Made by a program: the position numbers and the translations under genes. A DNA stretch of 36,684 nucleotides. Origin: a virus. Its lineage: Duplodnaviria > Heunggongvirae > Uroviricota > Caudoviricetes > Crassvirales. Every line of letters starts with the position of its first letter. The first letter of the stretch is position 1. The stretch lies in the IMG/VR virus record IMGVR_UViG_3300023112_000001; one strand, written 5' to 3'. Of this stretch, positions 8,855-16,836 are shown piece after piece. Under the pieces are notes generated by a model. That model had not been told where the DNA came from. It was given only the letters and a program-made list of their open reading frames with translations, and made no database searches.

Positions 8855-10662
8855 AGAAGTGGTTAATAAGTCTATTGCTAGTGTGTGTGTCTATCAGCAC
8901 GTTTAGTCAAAGACAATTAGAAATTGATAGAGAGACAAATTTAAATGCAGGAGTACAAATAGGCTCCTCCGGTGATTATATTACAGATATCACTTACGAT
9001 ACGGATACAGTAATCTTCGATTTTGAAGGGACTTTATTTCAATTAGTAGATTATTCTGAAGGGAATAGTTTTCCTAGTGGAACGCAAGGAGACGTATTGT
9101 ATTACAATGGGTCTAATTGGGTAGTTTTAGCTGCGGGAACATCCGGCTATGTATTAAGCACTAACGGTGCAGGAGCTAATCCTACATGGGTAGAACAAAC
9201 TGGTGGTGGTGGTGGAGGAGAAGTTTCTTTCTCAGATACTAATACCACAATAGGAACTATCTATAATGAATCTGTATTAGAGGCACGATTAGAGGACACT
9301 ACATCATTCGACACATCCTCTGCTAGTGATTATCTAGTATTCATAAGTGACTCGGTAGGCGAATCTGCTTTGTATTGGAATCCTTTGCAGATTACACAAG
9401 CAATTGGTGAAGGTGGTGGAGGAACTTCTTATGATTCAGTTTATATATACGCAGAGCTTTACAGAATAAGGGATTCCATTAATGAAGAAATGGTAATACT
9501 GGATTCAAGGATTACTCAAAACGAAAACGACATAGTAACTCTGTATGCCTTAGTAGAAGGATTGGGAGGCGAAGTGCCACCTAGATATGATTCATCACAA
9601 GTTCCTGCATTAGACGGAACGGTATTGTATGTATTTTTATCTAAGCCTGCCGACTATGATTCAGTACCAAATGTAGCTGATTTTGCATTTACAGAAGATG
9701 GAGGTTCAATGCCTATTACAAGTGTAGCTTTCTCAGATGGAGCAGATTCACTTATTTTTGCAATGGACACAACATTTTCAGCAGGAACTACTATTTTATC
9801 TAGCTATACACCTTCTGCATACCCTAGATTGCAAGATAGCTCAGAAAATGTAAATACAGGATGGGCAGATAAGCCTGTTGTAAATAATGTATTAGCTAGT
9901 CAGTTTTCAGCGGAATATGCAGCCTACTATAATGAATTAACTGTTAAGCCATCTGAAACGATAGCGCAACATCAAGATACTTTGTTTAGAGATATAGTTG
10001 CTTACGGCTTTTATGATACAATCAAAGGTGGGTATATTTTAGCACAGGAATCAAACGCAAATGGAGAGGCTTTAGTTGATATAATCAATCCAAGTACAGT
10101 ATCAGCAGTATCGACAAACAACCCAACATTTACTTCAAATAGAGGTATTGCACATAATGGGTCAACTTCTTATACTGACTTGATGTTTAATGCAGCAGAT
10201 TACCCTTACTTACTAGATGCTATATCTATAGGTTTGTATTCTAGGACAGCTGCATCAAATAACAATGCTTCAATAGGTGCTTCAGATGGTTCATATACAA
10301 CATTCTTTACGCCACAACATACTGATAATTCAACTTACTATGGAATTAACTCAGGAGGGTTTGCAGCAGAAGTTAATGGAACTGGTGGAGATGGATTCTT
10401 TGTATTCAATAGAACAAGTTCAGGTAATGTAACGGCATATTTAGATGGCACCATATATTCAAATCAATCACAAGCCTCATCAGGATTACCAAATGTAAAT
10501 TATTGGATTGGTGGTTATAACAATAACGGTGCTTTAGGAGAACCATCTAATGGCGAAACCTCTTTGGTTTTATTTATGGGACTTTTAAATGCTACACAGA
10601 TAGCAAACTTAAATACTGCAGTTGAAAAATTCATGGATGCAATTGGGGCCGGAGTACAATAA
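8848..10662 (+). CDS. Signal-peptide-bearing fibre/adhesin-like protein with a SwmB-like repeat and C-terminal ConA/LamG-like domain, 604 aa
   Basis: MVKKWLISLLLVCVSISTFS|QRQ looks like a Sec/SPI signal with +1 Gln. It has the fibre-type motif GDVLYYNGSNWVVLAAGTSGYVLSTNGAGANPTW, Gly linkers, a coiled coil (LDSRITQNENDIVTLYALVEGL), a SwmB-like Ig repeat (~9613-9849) and a lectin-like C-terminus. Confidence 0.6.
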   Translation: MVKKWLISLLLVCVSISTFSQRQLEIDRETNLNAGVQIGSSGDYITDITYDTDTVIFDFEGTLFQLVDYSEGNSFPSGTQGDVLYYNGSNWVVLAAGTSGYVLSTNGAGANPTWVEQTGGGGGGEVSFSDTNTTIGTIYNESVLEARLEDTTSFDTSSASDYLVFISDSVGESALYWNPLQITQAIGEGGGGTSYDSVYIYAELYRIRDSINEEMVILDSRITQNENDIVTLYALVEGLGGEVPPRYDSSQVPALDGTVLYVFLSKPADYDSVPNVADFAFTEDGGSMPITSVAFSDGADSLIFAMDTTFSAGTTILSSYTPSAYPRLQDSSENVNTGWADKPVVNNVLASQFSAEYAAYYNELTVKPSETIAQHQDTLFRDIVAYGFYDTIKGGYILAQESNANGEALVDIINPSTVSAVSTNNPTFTSNRGIAHNGSTSYTDLMFNAADYPYLLDAISIGLYSRTAASNNNASIGASDGSYTTFFTPQHTDNSTYYGINSGGFAAEVNGTGGDGFFVFNRTSSGNVTAYLDGTIYSNQSQASSGLPNVNYWIGGYNNNGALGEPSNGETSLVLFMGLLNATQIANLNTAVEKFMDAIGAGVQ

Positions 10663-10677
10663 AAAACAAATCAAAAA

Positions 10678-13014
10678 ATGAAAAAGATATTATATATAGC
10701 GATTTTAATGATAATGAGTTTGGGCTTAAATGCTCAGACTTATTACGTATCTAATACAGGTAGTGATTTAGCAGATGGGTTAACTACTGGTACAGCATGG
10801 CAGACAATAAGTCATGTTAATGCACAGACAATAAGTTCAGGAGATAGTGTTCTCTTTGAAGCGGATGGTGTTTGGAGAGAAGAATTAATTATCTCTGATA
10901 ACGGTACAGCAGGGGAAGGCAATTGGGTTGCCTATTCTAGATACGGTTCTGGTGAGAATCCTAGAATAGTAGGTTCTGAACAAGCAATTACATGGACTGC
11001 CACAGGAACACCTAATGTATGGCAATCAGCCACTTTACTAACTAATTATTCATACTACGATCAATCTAGTGGCGGTTGGGATGGTTATCAAGGTAGAATA
11101 TTCTTTATTGAACAAGATGATTCTATATCATGGGGACACCATAATGTAACATCTTATCAATCTTTAGCAAGTGAATATGATTATTTTGTTACAGGTGTAT
11201 CAAATGATATAAACCAAACTTACTATGTTTATTCTACCACTGACCCTGACACAAGATATAAATCCATAGAAGTTACTCAAAGAAATACAAGCGTAACCTC
11301 TAGCGGTACTTTTGGTAATTATACCGAATTTAACGGTATAGACTTATTATTTAGTAGAACAGAGGGGTATGATTTAGGCTATCCTGCCGAGAGAGGGGCT
11401 ACAGATCAAATATATAGAAACATGAGAATTGGGTATATTGGCTCTCAACCATCAGGTAAAGCTTACGGACTTTCGGTTGGATGTAGTAATTTACTTATTG
11501 AAAACTGCGACATAGGAGATTGTGGACGTAGGGGGGTTTCTATTAATTTATATAGAGAGCCACAATCACCTGCAGAAGAAAGAGTTTATAAGAACATAAT
11601 AATCAGAAATAATACATTTCAAAGAGGATATCATACAACTTCTTTAGATATGAGTTCACAGCAAACAACTAGAGATTCAATTTATAATGTGTATTTCTAC
11701 AACAATACGGTTGATGATTCAGATTTTGATGGAGATATATGTGACGGATGTACTTCTAACCAAATATACTTTCAAGAAGGGGATGGTTATATAGATAGTG
11801 CTTATGTATTTGGAAATATGTTTGTAGGTTCTAATGCTAGGAACATATTGCTTGAAGATGGAGAAAATTTTTATGTATGGAATAACACGATATTAGGTCA
11901 CGATACTAATTTGACTATTAGTCCTTATTGGGCAATGGGAGTTAATAATTCTTTATATGTCGATTATGCTAACAATATATATTATGATCCTTCACCTGCA
12001 GTAAGATTAGCAGCAAATAGTGGGATTGGTGCGGAACATGCTACTAGTGAATTTGTTAGAAAAGATTACAATCTATATTACCAAGTTAACCCAACTAACG
12101 GTAATGAATTTACAGGAGGTTATTTTGGATATTATGCTACAGGAAATTGGGCTTTGTATCGATCAGACAATCCAACATTTGATGCTAACTCGCCAATACC
12201 TGCTGATCCAGAATTTACTAGTTGGTATAATAAGGATTATACTATAAGTGAAACATCACCTGCTAAAGATGCAGGGGTAACATTGCCTTCGATACTACTT
12301 AGCGACCCAAGGTCAGGCTCTATAGTAGACATGACACAGAAGGATGTAACAGGGGAAGATTACGAAACACCTCCTAGTTTAGGTGCATATGAATATGTAA
12401 TTGCAGATCCTACAGCTACAGATATAACTTCTTTTATATTGTCAGAGCAAACAGGTGCAGCAATAATAAATACAACAGCCCACACAGTCGATATAGAGGT
12501 CGCATACGGGACTTCTTTGATTAGTTTAACTCCTAGCATCACTGTGAGCAGAACAGCCACTATAGACCCCCTATCAGGTGTGGCTCAAAACTTCTCATCT
12601 CCTTTTACATATACGGTGACAGGTGGAGATGCAGTAACAGAACAAGATTGGGAAGTAACCGTAACTGTTGCGGACGCTGCTACAGGTGCAGATATTACAA
12701 GCTTTACATTACCACAACAAGTTAGTCCTGCTATTATTGATGCAGGCGCTCATACAGTAACCATTACAGTAGCGTACGGTAGTAATGTAGCTTTGTTAAC
12801 TCCTACGATAGGGTTATCTTCAGGAGCAACAGTATTGCCTTTGTCTGGCACGACGCAAGATTTTACAAACCCTTTCGATTATACGGTAACGGCGGAAGAC
12901 GCTATAACAAACCAAGTTTGGGAAGTAACAGTAATAGTTAAAGCGCAAGCAAGTCTATTTGTTATAGACGGAAAGTTAGTTAAGATAGCTGGAAAATACG
13001 TACTTAATAAATAA
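10678..13014 (+). CDS. Signal-peptide-bearing parallel beta-helix (polysaccharide-lyase-like) protein with two DUF5018-like Ig domains, 778 aa
   Basis: MKKILYIAILMIMSLGLNA|QTYYVSNTGSDLADGLTTGTAWQTISHVN is a signal peptide followed by the YYVSxxGxDxxxG cap of Bacteroidota beta-helix proteins. It has rungs such as NIIIRNNTF and NVYFYNNTV, and two repeats starting DITSFxL...TVxIxVAYG (~12415-12669, ~12685-12939). Confidence 0.75.
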   Translation: MKKILYIAILMIMSLGLNAQTYYVSNTGSDLADGLTTGTAWQTISHVNAQTISSGDSVLFEADGVWREELIISDNGTAGEGNWVAYSRYGSGENPRIVGSEQAITWTATGTPNVWQSATLLTNYSYYDQSSGGWDGYQGRIFFIEQDDSISWGHHNVTSYQSLASEYDYFVTGVSNDINQTYYVYSTTDPDTRYKSIEVTQRNTSVTSSGTFGNYTEFNGIDLLFSRTEGYDLGYPAERGATDQIYRNMRIGYIGSQPSGKAYGLSVGCSNLLIENCDIGDCGRRGVSINLYREPQSPAEERVYKNIIIRNNTFQRGYHTTSLDMSSQQTTRDSIYNVYFYNNTVDDSDFDGDICDGCTSNQIYFQEGDGYIDSAYVFGNMFVGSNARNILLEDGENFYVWNNTILGHDTNLTISPYWAMGVNNSLYVDYANNIYYDPSPAVRLAANSGIGAEHATSEFVRKDYNLYYQVNPTNGNEFTGGYFGYYATGNWALYRSDNPTFDANSPIPADPEFTSWYNKDYTISETSPAKDAGVTLPSILLSDPRSGSIVDMTQKDVTGEDYETPPSLGAYEYVIADPTATDITSFILSEQTGAAIINTTAHTVDIEVAYGTSLISLTPSITVSRTATIDPLSGVAQNFSSPFTYTVTGGDAVTEQDWEVTVTVADAATGADITSFTLPQQVSPAIIDAGAHTVTITVAYGSNVALLTPTIGLSSGATVLPLSGTTQDFTNPFDYTVTAEDAITNQVWEVTVIVKAQASLFVIDGKLVKIAGKYVLNK
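12415..12939 (+). repeat. Two tandem ~85-aa Ig-like (DUF5018-like) repeats
   Basis: ATDITSFILSEQ...AHTVDIEVAYGTSLISLTPSI...NFSSPFTYTVT versus GADITSFTLPQQ...AHTVTITVAYGSNVALLTPTI...DFTNPFDYTVT. Confidence 0.85.
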
Positions 13015-13030
13015 CATTATATTTCACATT

Positions 13031-13339
13031 ATGAGCACTAAAGAAGAATTGGAGGAGCAGTTAGAGATGGAAAGGTTTAAAGGCGTGTATGCTAAAATAG
13101 AATCTAATAATGAAGCTGTAAATAAAAAGATAGACAGCAATCATAATGAAACGCAACTTATATTGAGGCAAATTTTAGATCAAACCATTAAGACTAATGG
13201 TAGAGTTACAAAACTAGAAAATGAAACTCAATTTTTTAGAACAATAGGTAAATACCCTAGAATGGCGATGTTAGCTGTAGTGGGATTATGTGGATTAACA
13301 ATTATATTAGGATTAGGAACAATATTTAAAGTATTTTAA
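13031..13339 (+). CDS. Membrane protein with a coiled coil and C-terminal TM helix; holin/XhlA-like
   Basis: QTIKTNGRVTKLE coiled-coil motif followed by the hydrophobic stretch MAMLAVVGLCGLTIILGLGTIF; adjacent to a 2-TM protein. Confidence 0.5.
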   Translation: MSTKEELEEQLEMERFKGVYAKIESNNEAVNKKIDSNHNETQLILRQILDQTIKTNGRVTKLENETQFFRTIGKYPRMAMLAVVGLCGLTIILGLGTIFKVF

Positions 13340-13351
13340 AACTATAAAATT

Positions 13352-13570
13352 ATGGAATTATTAAAGATATTATTTTTTGGAGGTAATGAATTTAGTTGGA
13401 GAAAAGCTCTAACTGCGATAACTGCATTCGTATTTGCATTTGCAGTAATAGGTTTTTTGTTTGGGTTGCCAGAAATACCATCATCCTATCAGGCTATCAT
13501 AGCTGGTGTATTTGGATTTTACTTTTTTAAAGAAGTATTTAGCGGCGTTAAATTAACCAAAACAAAATAA
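13352..13570 (+). CDS. Putative holin with two TM helices, 72 aa
   Basis: TM1 ALTAITAFVFAFAVIGFLFGL, TM2 AIIAGVFGFYFF, and a basic C-terminus KLTKTK. Confidence 0.55.
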   Translation: MELLKILFFGGNEFSWRKALTAITAFVFAFAVIGFLFGLPEIPSSYQAIIAGVFGFYFFKEVFSGVKLTKTK

Positions 13571-13602
13571 TTTGTAATTATCAACTATTTTTTGTATATT
13601 TA
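13571..13602 (+). promoter_or_regulatory. Bacteroidota-type promoter P2
   Basis: TTTG at 13571-13574, a 20-nt spacer, then TATATTTA at 13595-13602. It is 28/35 identical to P1 without gaps and lies 19 nt before the ATG at 13622. Confidence 0.7.
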
Positions 13603-13621
13603 ACAAATATTTTTAAGTATT

Positions 13622-14176
13622 ATGGCAACAATAACTATATCCGTAGAAGAATCTGCAGACGGAACATATTTAATCTTAAAGGACATCACACCATTATCTG
13701 AATATACTGGTAGTGGTATAGATATAAATACAGATATTGTTTCTGTGGATTATACTCTAACCGATGCTGACGCTGTTGATTATTCATTAGATGTCACCAG
13801 TGTATTTTTAACTGAAATTAGAGAATCCAGCGGAACAATAGTAACTACTGATGAGTTGGGTTATGGGTCTACTTTTTTTGCTGATGGTCAATATACCTCT
13901 ACTCTAACAATTACAGAAGATAGTACTGGTCCAGATGTTGATCAAATTGGTGTATCAGAAGATATATTCCTATCTCAGATATTACAAATTGTAACATCTC
14001 AAGTTATAGATTCCGATTGGAAAGAATTATACAATCCACATAACAATAGATTGTCCTCAGATTTAAGAAAGAGATTATTAATCATATCAATTGTATATTC
14101 TACACAAGCTGGATTATTGGCTAATGCAGAATCACAAAGATTAGCTTTAAATAAAATATGCTCATATGAACCTTAA
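13622..14176 (+). CDS. Probable tail hub/collar protein A (crAss001 gp38-like), 184 aa
   Basis: Ig-like N-terminal part (LILKDIT...DGQYTSTLTI) with a helical C-terminus ending LNKICS. It is paired with a ~100-aa helical gene upstream of a ring gene, as in crAss synteny. Confidence 0.45.
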   Translation: MATITISVEESADGTYLILKDITPLSEYTGSGIDINTDIVSVDYTLTDADAVDYSLDVTSVFLTEIRESSGTIVTTDELGYGSTFFADGQYTSTLTITEDSTGPDVDQIGVSEDIFLSQILQIVTSQVIDSDWKELYNPHNNRLSSDLRKRLLIISIVYSTQAGLLANAESQRLALNKICSYEP

Positions 14177-14471
14177 TAGCTACCATATTAATGATACTAT
14201 AATCAAGTTTAAGGCTTATTATAGCACAATTACTTCCGACAAAGATCTAACTTATTATAAAAGTGGGGACGTGTTGTCTTCTGAAGCTATATTTAATTTC
14301 AATATGTATTTGGAATTATATATTTACTTGTTAGAATATAGCTTGGACTGGTTTGATGAAAATGACGATCTAATGGAAGACGCTCCTTTTGCATTAGCTG
14401 AATTATCAACAGTAATAGATAGGGGTAATGAATTAACTAAATCAATGATCGAACTACCAATAAATTATTAA
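14166..14471 (+). CDS. Probable tail hub protein B (crAss001 gp39-like), 101 aa
   Basis: Small helical protein overlapping the preceding gene; call based on synteny. Confidence 0.4.
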   Translation: MNLNSYHINDTIIKFKAYYSTITSDKDLTYYKSGDVLSSEAIFNFNMYLELYIYLLEYSLDWFDENDDLMEDAPFALAELSTVIDRGNELTKSMIELPINY

Positions 14472-14472
14472 T

Positions 14473-16245
14473 ATGATAGGTTTTGGAAAAAATACAAATA
14501 TAAGTTCTGCAAAATATGTACCTTACTTATATGATAGGATAAAAGCTATAGTGCTAAGCTTCACTAACAACTCTTCATTATCTAGCGCTAGAGAAGTTGT
14601 TACATTGTCCTCAGAATACGATGGTTCTAATCCAGATTATTCTGATACCGATATTACTTTCTATGTATTTTACGGAGGGATTAATCAAACTGGCTTGTGG
14701 AATGTAACAATACATGCCGTGTCTAATTGCACTGTTTCACAAGTAGGTACTACGATGTCTGTGGATACTATAACTGCGGATGAGGCTTACTATATTGTAA
14801 GGGCTTCAAGAGCGGATTACACGACATTAACTAAAAAGATTCCTGTTTCAAAGGTTAAGAATGGCGAAGATGGAACCGATGGGGCTCTTGCAAATGTTAT
14901 GTTTGCAACTAGAGAGCATATAGCAGTTCCTTCTTATGTAGGTGGTCCGCTGAATCTTTCTTATGTTGATAATATCTTTACAATATATGAAGCGGATGTA
15001 GACGAAAGTGCTTCTTGGACTATCTCTCAACATTCCGCATCAGGGGTAACTATTAATGTGGATAATCCTAGTAAAACAGTAACTATAACTAATATAGTAG
15101 GTTATGTTGCAGAATATGTTATTAAAGCTACTAAATCAGGTGAAGATACTATATATAAAACTATAAAATGTTCAATAGTATATAATGGTGAAAACGGCGC
15201 AGATGGTGGAGGTACTGTTCAAAATGGTAATCTATCTCTACAAGCTGGGGACGAAGGCTCTCCTGTAGGAGACGATAGAGGCAATAATGCTGTAGACCTA
15301 CAAACAAGTAGAGGGGCATCTACACAGGTAGCTTCTGGTAATTATACTGTTATTTCAGGAGGCTCTGGTAACACAGCTTCTGGTGATTATTCAGTTATTG
15401 GTGGGGGGCAAAGTAATGAGGCTTCTAATCTTAGGGCAACTATTGGAGGAGGCCAGGCTAATTTAGCTTCTGGCACCTACTCAACCGTTAGTGGGGGTTA
15501 TACTAATTGGGCTACTGGTTCTAGAACCGCTATAATGGGAGGTAACGGTAATCATGCTCAGACCTTTGGAGAGTGCGTTGCGGGTCTGTTCTCTAATTCT
15601 ATAAGTGGTAATCCTAATTCGCGCGTGGAGACTGATCCTTTATTTAGAATAGGAAACGGAATAGGAGATCTTAATAGATCTGATGCGTTTAGAGTTAATA
15701 AAGATGGTTCTACCTTTTTATATGGATTAAAATCAGGTAATAGTCAATTTGAATCAGGAGCGACTACGGATGAGTTATGGGTAGACACACTTCCTTTAGC
15801 GGTAGATATTACTGGAAAGAATAGAGACATAGATTCAGGAGCAGGGACATATACGGTCAATTTTCCTAAAGATTTAAGAGAAGCACCAGGTCAAGACATT
15901 ATTTTTTCAATGACCTCGCCAACAGGGAGTAGTTATTATGGGGGAGAAAGAACACATTCAACTTATACTAAAACGCCTCCGGGTGAAATGGGAGATACAG
16001 GAACAGATTATATAATTACTATAGCTTCTTATGCAGGGATATGGTCAGCAGGAAATTACTCAGAAGGAGATGTAGTGCATTATTCTCCAGATAATACGTT
16101 ATGGAGAGCAGCTTCGGCGGTTACCGCAGGAGACACACCAACAATTTCTTCGGAGTGGGATTTATATGCTAGATATGCTATTTCAGAAACAGAGTATTTA
16201 ACAAATATGGAAGTGTCTGATAATTCAATTAGAATAGGACATTAA
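14473..16245 (+). CDS. Tail fibre with two Ig-like repeats, YadA-like beta-roll repeats and a C-terminal CBM5/12-like module, 590 aa
   Basis: Two ~90-aa repeats end in KNGEDGTDG and YNGENGADG. These are followed by a ~14-residue repeat (ASGNYTVISGGSGN, ASGDYSVIGGGQSN, ASGTYSTVSGGYTN), a neck motif LFRIGNG...RSDAFRVNKDG, and WSAGNYSEGDVVHY...LWRA...W. Confidence 0.7.
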   Translation: MIGFGKNTNISSAKYVPYLYDRIKAIVLSFTNNSSLSSAREVVTLSSEYDGSNPDYSDTDITFYVFYGGINQTGLWNVTIHAVSNCTVSQVGTTMSVDTITADEAYYIVRASRADYTTLTKKIPVSKVKNGEDGTDGALANVMFATREHIAVPSYVGGPLNLSYVDNIFTIYEADVDESASWTISQHSASGVTINVDNPSKTVTITNIVGYVAEYVIKATKSGEDTIYKTIKCSIVYNGENGADGGGTVQNGNLSLQAGDEGSPVGDDRGNNAVDLQTSRGASTQVASGNYTVISGGSGNTASGDYSVIGGGQSNEASNLRATIGGGQANLASGTYSTVSGGYTNWATGSRTAIMGGNGNHAQTFGECVAGLFSNSISGNPNSRVETDPLFRIGNGIGDLNRSDAFRVNKDGSTFLYGLKSGNSQFESGATTDELWVDTLPLAVDITGKNRDIDSGAGTYTVNFPKDLREAPGQDIIFSMTSPTGSSYYGGERTHSTYTKTPPGEMGDTGTDYIITIASYAGIWSAGNYSEGDVVHYSPDNTLWRAASAVTAGDTPTISSEWDLYARYAISETEYLTNMEVSDNSIRIGH

Positions 16246-16254
16246 AAGATTTTT

Positions 16255-16836
16255 ATGAACAAACTAAATTTAATATTGTCAATAATAATACTAATCCTAA
16301 TCATAGCGTTAGGGTTAGTGTTTAATAAAATGCGAGATAATCGTGATGATGCTATTAGGTGGGAGCATAACTATGAACAATCCAGTGATACTATTAGTAG
16401 AATAAATGTAACTCTTAGAGAATTTAAGAAGACCTCTAAAGCCACAAATGATTCCCTTTTAAAAGCATTGAAGATTAAGCCAAAGCAGATAGAAACTATA
16501 ATAACTATTCATTCTGAATATAATAATGTTGATACTACACACATTACTCTAAACAAGGTTGATAGCACTAGTAAGACGCATTACTTTATGGAATCCATAG
16601 ACTGTGTTGAAATAGGAGGTATAGTTATTACAGAATACGATAGCGAGCCAGAATTAATAATTACTAATATATCATATACTAATGATATAGATTATATAGC
16701 TTACTGGAAGCGTAGGCAATGGAAGTTTCTAGGAATAAAAACTAGACTTTTTGGCAAGAAGCTTGGAGAATTAGAAGTGTCTAGCGAATGCGGTAACATT
16801 GAATTACATCAAATAGATATAATAAAGAAAAAATGA
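16255..16836 (+). CDS. Putative inner-membrane spanin (Rz-like), 193 aa
   Basis: Single N-terminal TM helix (LNLILSIIILILIIALGLVF) followed by a coiled-coil periplasmic region and a C-terminal WKRRQWKFLG segment. Confidence 0.55.
   Translation: MNKLNLILSIIILILIIALGLVFNKMRDNRDDAIRWEHNYEQSSDTISRINVTLREFKKTSKATNDSLLKALKIKPKQIETIITIHSEYNNVDTTHITLNKVDSTSKTHYFMESIDCVEIGGIVITEYDSEPELIITNISYTNDIDYIAYWKRRQWKFLGIKTRLFGKKLGELEVSSECGNIELHQIDIIKKK

Noticed and set aside
9199-9220. GGT/GGA trinucleotide run
   Set aside because: Encodes a poly-Gly hinge in a fibre-like protein; too short and impure to be a contingency locus.
12940-13014. Possible T9SS C-terminal domain (IDGKLV...GKYVL echo)
   Set aside because: Only ~20 aa follow the last Ig repeat, too short for the ~70-80-aa CTD fold. 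Kept only as a possible remnant.
15280-15570. Periodic ~42-nt pattern that might be a DNA repeat array
   Set aside because: Explained by the ~14-aa YadA-like protein repeats, which are degenerate at the DNA level.
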